A DNA stretch of 64,000 bases from a bacterium (GCA_034440235.1 JAWXBR010000017.1:12566-76565); one strand, 5' to 3'. Positions 1 to 10,051 are shown, counted from the first letter of the stretch. Notes: generated by a model not told the origin, from the letters alone. Numbers and translations are program-made.

Positions 1-784
1 CGGCCTCGTGGACGACCACAGCCCTACCAGTCTTCCGGACAGATTCGAGCACGGTCTCCTCGTCAAACGGCACAAGGGTGCGTATATCAACAACCTCGAC
101 GTCGATGCCCTCTTCGGCAAGAACTGTAGCTGCCTGCAAGGCCATGTGTACGGCGCTGCCGTAGGTGATGACGCTAACAGAGGCGCCCTGGCGGACGACG
201 CGGGCGAGGCCGAGCGGGACAACATATTCGCCTTCAGGGACATCTTCCTTGATCTTGCGATAAAGCCCCTTATGCTCATAAAAGACAACGGGGTTGTTAT
301 CGCGCATCGACGCGGTGAGCAGCCCCTTAGCATCGGACGGGAAGGCCGGACATACCACTTTTAGTCCGGTCGCATGCACAAACCACGCCTCTGAATTCCT
401 CGAGTGAAACGGGTTGGCGCCAACACCACCACCAGACGGTCCACGTACGACCATGGGAAGACCGATCCCCCACCGATAAGCTGTTGTGCCTGCTACAGTA
501 ACGAGTTGGTTAAAGCCGTTGGTCACGAAATCCATGAACTGCATTTCGACGATCGGACGCATACCGTTGAGTGCTGCGCCGATACCTGCACCAATAATTG
601 CTGACTCTGAGATTGGCGCATCTATAACACGCTTAGCACCAAACTCTTCAATGAAGCCCTTGGTGAGTTTAAATGCGCCGCCATACGTACCGATGTCTTC
701 GCCAATCATAAACACACGCTCGTCCTTGCGCATTTCAATGCGCATGGCGTCGGCAATGGCCTCGAGATAGGTCATCATTGCCAT
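1..784 (-). CDS. 2-oxoacid dehydrogenase E1 component beta subunit (runs off the window edge)
   Basis: Manual translation: MAMMTYLEAIADAMRIEMRKDERVFMIGEDIGTYGGAFK...GIDVEVVDIRTLVPFD...VRKTGRAVVVHEA. Lies directly downstream of E1 alpha. Not in the ORF track because it is truncated. Confidence 0.92.
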   Translation of the reverse strand, partial: MAMMTYLEAIADAMRIEMRKDERVFMIGEDIGTYGGAFKLTKGFIEEFGAKRVIDAPISESAIIGAGIGAALNGMRPIVEMQFMDFVTNGFNQLVTVAGTTAYRWGIGLPMVVRGPSGGGVGANPFHSRNSEAWFVHATGLKVVCPAFPSDAKGLLTASMRDNNPVVFYEHKGLYRKIKEDVPEGEYVVPLGLARVVRQGASVSVITYGSAVHMALQAATVLAEEGIDVEVVDIRTLVPFDEETVLESVRKTGRAVVVHEA

Positions 785-823
785 GCAATGGACTCAGAAA
801 TTTCTAGGGTGTTCATGTTGGAA

Positions 824-1804
824 TCAGGACTCGATAAAAACATTGCGGAATCCTTCTTCTGCTGCAGGCCATGGCCTTTCGAGTGCTCTATCGATTGCGC
901 CGATCATTTCTGCAAGGGTCGACTTCTTCATGTTCTCAACATCGGCTGCTGTTAACACACGGCGTTCAACAAGGGTCTTCGCATACGTTTCGACTGGATC
1001 TTTTTTTGTCCATTCGGCCAGCATTTCCTTCGGCACATACGCATAATCGTCGTGTTCTGCGTGACCTCGCATACGCATCGTAAGTGTTTCGATAATAGAG
1101 GGTCCGTCGCCCGCACGCGCACGCTTTACCGCCCGCGCACACGCTTCGTATACAGTCTCGACGTTTGTACCATCGATAGTCTCGCCGTGTATGCCATAGC
1201 CAATGGCACGATCGGAAAGTTTTGCGCAAGCAAATTCGAGTTCGTTCGGTGTCGAGTATGCGTACCGATTGTTTTCTATGATAAGGACAAGGGGCAACTT
1301 GTGCACCGATGCAAAGTTCAGCGCTTCGTGTACTTCGCCAACCTGTGCGCCACCGTCGCCGATATACGTCATGGCAACACAATCTTCGCCGCGCATGCGT
1401 GCAGCTAGTACAAAGCCTGCTGCCACGGGAATCATCGCACCAAGGTGACTCACATTGCCGTAGATGCGCAGTTTTTCATCTGCATAGTGTCCCGTTCCAT
1501 CCGTCCCGCGCATCTGACTGCCCTCTCGCGCAAGATGATTGACCATCAGTTGGTCGAGGTCGGCGCCAAACACAAAATGTCCGCCAATGTTTCGGTGCAT
1601 CGGAAACAGCACATCGCGTTTCCGATCGAGTGCATAGGCCGAACCAACACTTGTAGCCTCGTTGCCGAGCTGCGAATACACACCACCAAATGCTTTGCCC
1701 TGACGGTACAGACGCAACATGGCAGCGTCGAATTCACGGGCCATGATCATGTACCGTAGAAGCAGAAGTGACTGTTCGGAAGTGGGTCTCAACGTTTTGG
1801 ACAC
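824..1804 (-). CDS. TPP-dependent 2-oxoacid dehydrogenase E1 alpha subunit
   Basis: GDGG-x(n)-ENN TPP motif and RMRGHAEHD loop. Probable GTG start at 1804 after AAGGAAAG. Confidence 0.92.
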   Translation of the reverse strand: MSKTLRPTSEQSLLLLRYMIMAREFDAAMLRLYRQGKAFGGVYSQLGNEATSVGSAYALDRKRDVLFPMHRNIGGHFVFGADLDQLMVNHLAREGSQMRGTDGTGHYADEKLRIYGNVSHLGAMIPVAAGFVLAARMRGEDCVAMTYIGDGGAQVGEVHEALNFASVHKLPLVLIIENNRYAYSTPNELEFACAKLSDRAIGYGIHGETIDGTNVETVYEACARAVKRARAGDGPSIIETLTMRMRGHAEHDDYAYVPKEMLAEWTKKDPVETYAKTLVERRVLTAADVENMKKSTLAEMIGAIDRALERPWPAAEEGFRNVFIES

Positions 1805-2217
1805 GCTTTCCTTACCTCTGCAACAGAGACGGCACCCTTGCTGTTGCCAAACGATGTAAACACGTAGGTAAGCACACATGCAATGTCGTCGCAATTGTAC
1901 TTCTTCGGCATAGGTGCCATTACACCATTGTACACCTTGCCATTCACCGTAATCTTACCGTGTTTGCCGTTCACGACTTCTTTAATAAGCGTGACCTTTG
2001 GTGTCGCTTTGATATAGTCGCTATTGGCAACTGGTGGATAGACCCCAGGCATGCCCTGTCCATTCGGCATGTGACAGGTCTTGCAGTACTCAAGGTACAC
2101 CTTTTTACCCTTGGCCAACGCTGCGGGGTCCGCACCAAAAGCAACAGCGTATGTGCACAAACAGCTGGCGACGATGAGCGAATAAAATCTGATCGAAAGC
2201 ATTTGCAAATTTACCAT
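1789..2217 (-). CDS. monoheme cytochrome c, exported
   Basis: Signal peptide, CKTCH heme motif, GQGMPGVYPP, distal Met in YNGVM. Confidence 0.9.
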   Translation of the reverse strand: MVNLQMLSIRFYSLIVASCLCTYAVAFGADPAALAKGKKVYLEYCKTCHMPNGQGMPGVYPPVANSDYIKATPKVTLIKEVVNGKHGKITVNGKVYNGVMAPMPKKYNCDDIACVLTYVFTSFGNSKGAVSVAEVRKACPKR

Positions 2218-2277
2218 AGGATTGAGAATTAGCCTTGCCTATGTTCGCTCATCGACCTCACAATTCGCGGAAATGCT

Positions 2278-5262
2278 ATGCGGAAACACCTCTATCGTCA
2301 CGCTCTCCAAACAGCCCTGCTGTTGTTTATTGCGGTTCAGTCGCAAGCAACCGACCTAACACCAACAGCTCTAGTATCACCTCGTCAGACACCAGTCAAA
2401 AAGGTCTCAGTGCCAGTTCAGTTCGTCGTTGCAAATCAGAATATTCAGGTAGCTGACGACTATACAATTGATGTTACCATTCGAAACGCTTCGAATCAGT
2501 TGCTGTTGTCGGAGGTTGTAACTGGCAAACGCATTCTTCCGCTTACGAATGTTATGCATACCGCAATCAACACATGGACGCCGTCAGATACAGGTAGATA
2601 TACAATCCGCGTTGCTATCGCATTTGCCCAGGACATCGACACAACTAATAATGTAAAAATTTTTACTGTCAGAGTTGTGCCGGCATCGTACACCCTTTCT
2701 ATGTTCGATGAACAGACGAACGATGCTGATACTGTGAATGCGCAAGATTGTCGCGTGGAGTATATATCGAATGCATCTTCGGTTTGGCAATTTCTAAATC
2801 TGGGTTATGTAACCGGCTCAACAATTCAATGGGTTTTGCAGAATATGCCCCTGCCTCCAAGAGATTTTTTCTACGTGTATCATACCCTTATTAACCTGCC
2901 AATTGTTGGTTTGCATCCACCACAAATTGTCATCGTCCCCTACCTCACCACCCAGCCCCTTGATTCCTTTCCCATCGACTTATCCGATACTGTTCGAATC
3001 GATTATGGAAAGGTTCGTGTGAACATCGGCGACAAAGGCCTGCAGGACACATCTAAGATAACGGTCATCGATTTTGTACCGCCTCCAACAGTGCCAACAA
3101 CTGCACCCATTACCGAAGCGGCAATCCGAAGTTGCGATGTGCCGAACATCGACCTCGACTCGGCGACCTACAATGCGACAACGGTGCCCGGGTACGCGGG
3201 CGACATGAATGCATGTGCACCAACAGCGTGCGCCAACAGTATGCAGTGGCTCGAAAAACATTTTCCTATCAACACGGGGCTTTCGCACCGTCAGAAACTG
3301 GTCGAACTAAGCAAACTCATGGGTCGAGAAAACAATACCGGTGTGTGGTCAGAAGATTTTATTCGTGCTAAGCTCGATTACATCAACAAATACAACCTGC
3401 CGATAAAAGTAAAATTTCAGTTAAGGGGCTTGACGAATGACATCGCAACATCTCCCGAGAGCGATTACGAAAGCAGTGCATCGAATCAAATTGAAGGCGC
3501 ATACCCCAAGTGGGAATGGCTGAAGAAAGAAATGCACGACAGCGAAGACGTCGAGATGTTTGTTGAGTATCACGATCGAAGTGGCGATACGTCGATCGTA
3601 TCCGGACGTCATGTCATCACCGCCAGTGGCGTAGCAGAGGCAGCCGGACAACATCGGTTCTGGTATAAGGACGATGCCGATCAGGCAAAAGCAGGCGGCA
3701 CTCGCGAGGTCGCGAACGAATGGAGATTGCGTGGTGGTACAATTCCTATCATCGACCATGTCGATTGGTCGCCAACGACATCGAGAACAACGGTTGTGTA
3801 CGGCGTGATTTCTGAGTCGTACGATTCGACTGTAAGGCGCAAAGAAAAAGGCTTCTTTGAAAAACTTCGCGATCGCACCGTTGGATGGGCACCCAGATAT
3901 GAACACGACGAAGCAGTCGATTGGGTGAAATCGCATCCGATACGGTTCGGCAACATGTACACACGCCTGCGCGATGGTGTGTATCAGCCTAACGAATGGC
4001 GGTGGGTGCTGCGCAATCATCCCATTGGTGGAGTATTTGACGGTGGCACATCGACAATCCTCAGCCATTATACCCTTGGCATCGACACAACACGATTCCC
4101 CGACCCGATAGAAGTTCGCATTCTCTATACAGACGAGCCAGTAAAAGAACAACCTCCGAATATTGGTCCTGGTATCCTCTATCCTGTTCCACCGACAATC
4201 GGCAACTACGCACAAGGTTCGCCGAACCTCACAACCATCGAGCCACCTCCAACAACGCACAAATTTCTCGAGTATCCACCGGTAGATGGGTTGCCCTTCA
4301 AGGTCGATACTGCCATTATTCACAAAGACGTACCTGGTGCCGATGTCTCTGCAAATGACACAGCCATGGTGGGCGAGTCGTTCATACTTCATGCGGCGGC
4401 TGCAATGTCATGGCTAGGCGCTCATGCTCCAGAAGTAAATCTTAACCGTAGCAACTCGACGTTGCGTAAAGAGATTGCTGAACGTCTTCAGTTTCTTGCG
4501 CCAAATTCTCAGTCGCCACAGATCGAAGCCCTTTTGCGAGAAACACAGAGTGGCTATATGCAAATGAGACCATCGTTTCAGAGCTTCAGACTTCCAGATG
4601 AGGATATCGTAATTTCTTCAATCCCAGAAGGTCCGGTCTACCACGCTAAGAACGTTAGCGTCGACCGCAAAATCGAATGGACATGGCTTCGTGATCGGTT
4701 AAAACGATTTGGTCCGATGCCCGTAGAAATCGGTTACTACAACGCCGACAAACGCACGCACGGAACGTGGGCATTAATCATCGGCGTGGTTGAACACAAC
4801 GGCCTCAAGCGCCTGATTATGAATGTCGACATGGAAGAAGATGCTCCAGGCGGACAGGAAAAACTTGTGCATACCGTACAGACATATAACGGCTACCACT
4901 ACCTTGTCGAGCAATCGTCAAACGTCAGCAGGGCCTACATCGAAACGGTCCTCTCTCTTGAGTACGATCCTTCGATGGTCGATGTGAAGGCCCAGCCCCT
5001 TACCGAAGTGTACAACCTTCGTGTTGTACCACAACCATCGGATGACGTTGTCTCGGTCTCGTGGCAACAAGCCTACACAGCGGGTGCAACAATTAGTGTT
5101 ATCGACTTGCTAGGTGTCGAGCGCTTGCGTGCAGATGTTCCGAATGACGGCTCTGCCACGTGGACAACATCGACGTCGATGTTATCGAACGGACGTTACA
5201 CCATCGTGATTTCCACAACGCTGGGAAGAACATCAATACCACTCATTGTAATTCATGAGTAA
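2278..5262 (+). CDS. secreted T9SS-substrate protein: CARDB/Ig-like domain plus two papain/C39-like modules
   Basis: Signal peptide; DIDTTNN Ig motif; NACAPTACANSMQW and GRHVITASG candidate Cys/His pair; C-terminal VVPQPS...IDLLG...LSNGRYTIVI T9SS-like domain. Confidence 0.7.
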   Translation: MRKHLYRHALQTALLLFIAVQSQATDLTPTALVSPRQTPVKKVSVPVQFVVANQNIQVADDYTIDVTIRNASNQLLLSEVVTGKRILPLTNVMHTAINTWTPSDTGRYTIRVAIAFAQDIDTTNNVKIFTVRVVPASYTLSMFDEQTNDADTVNAQDCRVEYISNASSVWQFLNLGYVTGSTIQWVLQNMPLPPRDFFYVYHTLINLPIVGLHPPQIVIVPYLTTQPLDSFPIDLSDTVRIDYGKVRVNIGDKGLQDTSKITVIDFVPPPTVPTTAPITEAAIRSCDVPNIDLDSATYNATTVPGYAGDMNACAPTACANSMQWLEKHFPINTGLSHRQKLVELSKLMGRENNTGVWSEDFIRAKLDYINKYNLPIKVKFQLRGLTNDIATSPESDYESSASNQIEGAYPKWEWLKKEMHDSEDVEMFVEYHDRSGDTSIVSGRHVITASGVAEAAGQHRFWYKDDADQAKAGGTREVANEWRLRGGTIPIIDHVDWSPTTSRTTVVYGVISESYDSTVRRKEKGFFEKLRDRTVGWAPRYEHDEAVDWVKSHPIRFGNMYTRLRDGVYQPNEWRWVLRNHPIGGVFDGGTSTILSHYTLGIDTTRFPDPIEVRILYTDEPVKEQPPNIGPGILYPVPPTIGNYAQGSPNLTTIEPPPTTHKFLEYPPVDGLPFKVDTAIIHKDVPGADVSANDTAMVGESFILHAAAAMSWLGAHAPEVNLNRSNSTLRKEIAERLQFLAPNSQSPQIEALLRETQSGYMQMRPSFQSFRLPDEDIVISSIPEGPVYHAKNVSVDRKIEWTWLRDRLKRFGPMPVEIGYYNADKRTHGTWALIIGVVEHNGLKRLIMNVDMEEDAPGGQEKLVHTVQTYNGYHYLVEQSSNVSRAYIETVLSLEYDPSMVDVKAQPLTEVYNLRVVPQPSDDVVSVSWQQAYTAGATISVIDLLGVERLRADVPNDGSATWTTSTSMLSNGRYTIVISTTLGRTSIPLIVIHE

Positions 5263-5325
5263 ACTAATGTTGCAATTGACGATCAATCGTTAGGTTCGCG
5301 TACCATTCTAATAAACTAGGACCAC

Positions 5326-5934
5326 ATGAAACCACTTGCAACTATAGTTGCGTTGCTTTTAGTAACTTATGTTAGCGTCTATGCGCAACAGAAAACCATA
5401 GAGACTACGACAACGGTAGATTCTTCTGCAGCAGGCAAAACAACATCAACGCAGACCAGTACGAAGGTTATTCAGGAAGTAGACGTGCCGCGTAACAACA
5501 TGATTACGATTAACCCGTTAAAGTTTTTCATCTTTTACAACTTATCGTTCTATCATGCCTTGTCTGATGTTGTCGTTATTGGCGGTGGTGCACAAGTACC
5601 AACGCTTAGCGCCATAGGTGGCTTTGGCCTAAATGCTGAAGCTCGATTTCATCCGTCTGCACGACGAATGCGAGGTTTCTACGTTGCGCCTAACATATCC
5701 TTCAACACGCTCAATAGTTCGAGTTCTTCGCAAGACGAAACCGCCACTGCTTTCTCTATTGGTGTGCTACTTGGATGGCAGTGGTTTCCTGGAGATGACT
5801 TCGCAATGGGGCTTGGCCTCGGCGTGGACAAGTACTTCCTTTCCGCATCCAATTCTAGTGGTACTGTAGACATCTTCAACGCATTCAATGGCGTAACTCC
5901 GGCATTCCGTTTCGACATCGGTTATGCCTGGTAA
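5326..5934 (+). CDS. outer-membrane beta-barrel protein (DUF3575-like)
   Basis: Signal peptide, alternating beta strands, ends FDIGYAW. Confidence 0.7.
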   Translation: MKPLATIVALLLVTYVSVYAQQKTIETTTTVDSSAAGKTTSTQTSTKVIQEVDVPRNNMITINPLKFFIFYNLSFYHALSDVVVIGGGAQVPTLSAIGGFGLNAEARFHPSARRMRGFYVAPNISFNTLNSSSSSQDETATAFSIGVLLGWQWFPGDDFAMGLGLGVDKYFLSASNSSGTVDIFNAFNGVTPAFRFDIGYAW

Positions 5935-5962
5935 GTCGTCGAGTATTAGAGCTTGGCCAGAC

Positions 5963-8416
5963 TTAGTATAATAGTTTGTATTTGGCCGGATTTGCCTCAT
6001 GCATCATAACATGCGCTGCATCGAACACATGTTCGGCTTCTGGTTTTGACCAGTAGTTGCCGTCGGTGCCATACGCAGGTCTGTGCTCTGCAGCAGTAAG
6101 AGTACGCGGCGCAGAATCGAGATGGCGATAGCCGTTTTGTTCTTCGAGGATATGACGCAACATGAACGACGAAGTACCCCCTGGGATATCTTCGTCGAAC
6201 ACCATAAGGCGATTCGTTTTCTTGAGCGATTCAACGATAACGTGGTGTTTGTCGAACGGCAAGAGCGTTTGTACATCAACGATTTCTAGATCAATTCCTA
6301 CTGCTTCTAACATTGCAGCTGCATCGAGCGCAACGCGAACACATGCACCATACGTAACGAGTGTAATGTCGTTACCGCTGCGCACAATTTCGGGGACACC
6401 AAGTTCAACGGTGTATTCGCCAATGTTCGACGGTAGTTTTTCTTTTAAGCGATAACCATTCAACACTTCGACAACAAGGCCAGGGTCGTCGCCCTTCAAG
6501 AGCGTCGCATACATGCCTGCTGCTTGCGTGAAGTTTCGTGGCACACATACATGCACACCACGCACAAGATTGATGATGCCAGCCATGGGTGAACCGCTAT
6601 GCCAGATGCCTTCGAGACGATGGCCGCGCGTGCGCACAATCACGGGAGCTTTCTGTCCGCCCTTCGTTCTCCAATGCACCGTAGCAAGGTCATCGCTCAT
6701 GAGCTGCAAGGCGTAAAGGACGTAGTCGAGGTACTGTATTTCGGCAATCGGACGTAGACCGCGCATGGCCATGCCAATCGCTTGTCCGAGTATCGTGCAC
6801 TCGCGAATGCCAACGTCCATCACACGCAGCTCGCCAAACTCCGCCTGACATCCTGCCATGCCCTGATTTACGTCGCCGAGTTTGCCCATGTCTTCGCCAA
6901 ATGCGACGATGCGTTTGTCGTTGCGCATTGCATGCTTAAAGAACGCATTAATAACTTCCGAACCGTTTACCGATGTCGAATCGGCACCGTATTGTGCATC
7001 CGACCCAGCAACGTTCAACGCTGAGCGTCCATCGTCCTCGCAAAACAGATGTGATGCATACAACGGCTTTATGCTCTTGTTATAGGACGTGAACCACGCG
7101 GCAAGGGGCTCAGAGCTCACGGGGCTTTGCACCTGTGCACATATACGAAGTGCTGCATGCACAGCAACCATGATGTCTCGACGGAACGGTTCGCGTATCG
7201 CTGCCAGTTCTTTTGAGCTTGCAGCTATGTTCGATGCAATGTCTGCATGTCCTGTTGTTTGCAGTGTGGCAACAAGTGCATCCAGTTGTTCGATTGCTTG
7301 CGCAATCTCGGCACGTATTGGTGCAGTGTAGGCTTCGAATGACTTTCGTTGAGCGAGACGAGCGGACTCGACTGCTTCACGATCGATCGTATCGAGTTCT
7401 TCTGCCGACGCATATCCTTTTTCGAGAATCAGTGCACGGAATCGCGCGATGCAGTCATACTCTTTCTCCCAGTCCATGCGCTCTGCCGATTTATAGCGCT
7501 CATGCGAGCCGGATGTAGAGTGACCTTGTGGTTGCGTGACCTCAATTACGTGTATGATCTGCGGAACATGTTCTGTGCGTGCTGTTTCGGTTGCCTTCGC
7601 ATATGTAGCAACTAGGTTGGGGTAATCCCACCCTTTCACGACGTGTACATCGTATCCCGAGTTACTATCTGGTGTCCGCTGGAAGCCCCTTAATAGTTCA
7701 CCGATGTTCGACTTTGTGACTTGAAGTTCGTTCGGGACAGAAATGCCGTAGCCGTCATCCCAGATCGAGATAACTGCAGGAGCTTTTAGCACACCTATGG
7801 CATTTACAGATTCCCAAAACATACCTTCGGCGCACGAGGCGTTGCCAATCGTGCCAAACGCAACTTCGTTACCCTTGCGAGTGAACATTGTCATGTCATG
7901 CAGGGCTTCGTTTCCTCTGTACAGACGAGAGGCGTATGCCAGGCCAACCAGACGCGGCATTTGCGACCCCGTCGGTGAGACATCTGCCGAGACGTTACGT
8001 GTTTTCGTCTGGTCGAGCCATTTGCCGTTTTCATCGATAAACCGCGTCGCAAAGTGGCCGTTCATCGACCGACCCGCCGAAGCCGGTTCGGCTTGGACGT
8101 CGGTGTGCGCATAGAGTTGGGCAAAGAATTTCTCGACGCTACTCTCGCCAATGGCAAACATGAATGTCTGGTCGCGGTAGTACCCGCTGCGCCAGTCACC
8201 GGGTTGAAATGCTCGCGCCATGGCCAGTTGTGCCAGTTCCTTGCCGTCGCCGAAGATGCCGAACTTGGCTTTTCCGGAAAGCACCTCACGGCGTCCCAAC
8301 AGCGATGCCTGCCTGCTTTCTACCGCAAGACGGTAGTCTTCGAGGTAGGTCGCTGCGGCATTGGCCAAAGCCTTCGACTTCTTCTTTTCTACAGGAGGTG
8401 CGGTTGTTGACTTCAT
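5963..8416 (-). CDS. fused E1 alpha/beta 2-oxoacid (branched-chain-type) dehydrogenase
   Basis: GKAKFGIFGDGKE, GHSTSGSHERYK, FGED, EIQYLDY, GIWHSGSP: Bacteroidota-type fused E1. Confidence 0.92.
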   Translation of the reverse strand: MKSTTAPPVEKKKSKALANAAATYLEDYRLAVESRQASLLGRREVLSGKAKFGIFGDGKELAQLAMARAFQPGDWRSGYYRDQTFMFAIGESSVEKFFAQLYAHTDVQAEPASAGRSMNGHFATRFIDENGKWLDQTKTRNVSADVSPTGSQMPRLVGLAYASRLYRGNEALHDMTMFTRKGNEVAFGTIGNASCAEGMFWESVNAIGVLKAPAVISIWDDGYGISVPNELQVTKSNIGELLRGFQRTPDSNSGYDVHVVKGWDYPNLVATYAKATETARTEHVPQIIHVIEVTQPQGHSTSGSHERYKSAERMDWEKEYDCIARFRALILEKGYASAEELDTIDREAVESARLAQRKSFEAYTAPIRAEIAQAIEQLDALVATLQTTGHADIASNIAASSKELAAIREPFRRDIMVAVHAALRICAQVQSPVSSEPLAAWFTSYNKSIKPLYASHLFCEDDGRSALNVAGSDAQYGADSTSVNGSEVINAFFKHAMRNDKRIVAFGEDMGKLGDVNQGMAGCQAEFGELRVMDVGIRECTILGQAIGMAMRGLRPIAEIQYLDYVLYALQLMSDDLATVHWRTKGGQKAPVIVRTRGHRLEGIWHSGSPMAGIINLVRGVHVCVPRNFTQAAGMYATLLKGDDPGLVVEVLNGYRLKEKLPSNIGEYTVELGVPEIVRSGNDITLVTYGACVRVALDAAAMLEAVGIDLEIVDVQTLLPFDKHHVIVESLKKTNRLMVFDEDIPGGTSSFMLRHILEEQNGYRHLDSAPRTLTAAEHRPAYGTDGNYWSKPEAEHVFDAAHVMMHEANPAKYKLLY

Positions 8417-8437
8417 AGAACCGCGAAAATACGAAGG

Positions 8438-9031
8438 CTAGCTGTCGAACATGCCTTGTTGGATCGGAGACCCTTCTGAGGCGTCGGCTATAAGGGCCTC
8501 GGCGCGAGTCAGAGTGTCAAGTAAGATGTCGTTAACGATGACTTCGGCAAACTCGCCTCTGTGGCCCATTTCCATTTCGGCGCGGGCCATGCGCAAGGAA
8601 ATCTGATCGTCGGTTTCGGTCTTGCGTTCGCGAAGTCTATTTTCCAAAATCTCCAGTGACGGAGGTGCAATAAAGATGAGGAGCGTGTCTTCGGGGAATG
8701 CATGCAAGAGCGAAAGAGCCCCTTTCACGTCGACGTCGAAGACGACGTGAGCCCCTCTATCGAGGGCCGATTGCACCTGCGAACGCAACGTACCGTAATA
8801 ATGACCGAAGATCTCTTCGTATTCGATAAGGTCGCCACGTTCGATTGATGCACGAAATGCTTCGCGCGTAAGGAAATGATAGTCACGACCGTCAACTTCG
8901 TTCGGACGTTGTCCGCGCGTCGTTGCACTCACGCTGAACTCAAGCGCTGGAAAGCGCGTGAGTAAATGACGTGCTACGGTAGTCTTACCCGAGCCGCTGG
9001 GTGCACTAAGAACAATAAGCTGTTTTTTCAT
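8438..9031 (-). CDS. gmk: guanylate kinase
   Basis: SAPSGSGKTT, SVSATTR, DGRDYHF, YYGT. Confidence 0.97.
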   Translation of the reverse strand: MKKQLIVLSAPSGSGKTTVARHLLTRFPALEFSVSATTRGQRPNEVDGRDYHFLTREAFRASIERGDLIEYEEIFGHYYGTLRSQVQSALDRGAHVVFDVDVKGALSLLHAFPEDTLLIFIAPPSLEILENRLRERKTETDDQISLRMARAEMEMGHRGEFAEVIVNDILLDTLTRAEALIADASEGSPIQQGMFDS

Positions 9032-9076
9032 GCCACGTGTTGCACTTGAATGGACATAAGCACTTGAATGTACATG

Positions 9077-9952
9077 TTATTCTACGTTCTGTACTTGTTC
9101 ACGCATGCGTTCGAGCTCTTCCTTCATTCCGACGACAAGGCGGGCTATTTCTGGGTCGTTTGCCTTCGATCCGATGGTGTTTACCTCCCTATTCATTTCC
9201 TGCAGTAGAAAATTCAGCTTACGTCCGACTGCTGTCTCGTCCTGCATGTACTCGCGAAAGAACTTCATGTGACTTCGCAGCCGTACGCACTCTTCCGATA
9301 CGTCAAGTTTTTCTGAAAGCAGAACAATCTCGAGTTGCAGACGATGTTCGTCGACCACGGCATCATCGACAAGCTGGCGCACGCGTTCGCGCAACCGGTT
9401 GCGTTCGAATGGAATACGTTCGGCCGAGCGGACCTCGATGTCAGCCAGGGCAGTGTCTATTGCAAGGATGCGGTTGTCGAAATCTGCGGTAAGCTCAGAG
9501 CCTTCTTTCTCACGCATCTCATTGAGGGAGCGAAGCGCTTCGACGATTGCTGCTTTTAGGTCGGGCCAAGCGTCCGGACGTTCTGCATCTTCTTCTGGTC
9601 GTGCCATGACGGCATCGAACTTCATAAGCGTTTCGATCGTTACGTCGCCTTCGAGGTGTAGCTTGTCTCGCAATACTCGCAGCGACTTTGTGATACGCTC
9701 AGCAGCTTCTGCATTAAACGTCACCTCTTCATTGGCTGCTGCTGCTTCTAAACGAACGTACACAGAAATCGTGCCTCGCGAAACATGCTCGCGCACGGTT
9801 TCACGAACGTTGAGTTCTTTATTCGCAAAGTTTTTCGGAAGTCGTGTTGTGAGTTCCAGATACCGAGCATTTACGCATCGTATCTCTACAGAGCAGGGCA
9901 AACCCTGCAACATCGATTCGCTCTTGCCATACCCCGTCATGCTTCTAATCAT
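9077..9952 (-). CDS. yicC: YicC/YloC family endoribonuclease
   Basis: MIRSMTGYG start, GRKLNFLLQEMNREVNTIGSK, REQVQNVE end; next to gmk. Confidence 0.95.
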   Translation of the reverse strand: MIRSMTGYGKSESMLQGLPCSVEIRCVNARYLELTTRLPKNFANKELNVRETVREHVSRGTISVYVRLEAAAANEEVTFNAEAAERITKSLRVLRDKLHLEGDVTIETLMKFDAVMARPEEDAERPDAWPDLKAAIVEALRSLNEMREKEGSELTADFDNRILAIDTALADIEVRSAERIPFERNRLRERVRQLVDDAVVDEHRLQLEIVLLSEKLDVSEECVRLRSHMKFFREYMQDETAVGRKLNFLLQEMNREVNTIGSKANDPEIARLVVGMKEELERMREQVQNVE

Positions 9953-10030
9953 ATTCTCTGCCTTCTAATCATTTTCTCGACCTTGTAGTCATTTTCTCGG
10001 CCCTGTAGAGATATTCTCGGCCTTGTAGTC
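9942..10030. repeat. imperfect 20-bp tandem repeat (~4.5 copies) over the yicC start
   Basis: cttctaatcatattctctgc / cttctaatcattttctcgac / cttgtagtcattttctcggc / cctgtagagatattctcggc / cttgtagtc. Confidence 0.85.
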
Positions 10031-10032
10031 GG

Positions 10033-10040
10033 CAAAGATA
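10033..10040 (-). promoter_or_regulatory. Bacteroidota-type -7 promoter element for yicC-gmk
   Basis: TATCTTTG on the minus strand matches the TAnnTTTG consensus. Confidence 0.55.
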
Positions 10041-10051
10041 GCGACCGTATC

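Noticed and set aside
1805-1894. Longer E1 alpha start
   Set aside because: It overlaps the cytochrome c gene with non-homologous, Cys-rich sequence.
3421-4392. 323-aa antisense ORF and similar long shadow ORFs (e.g. 26907-27722, 22239-22907)
   Set aside because: They are fully nested opposite well-supported genes and have no motifs.
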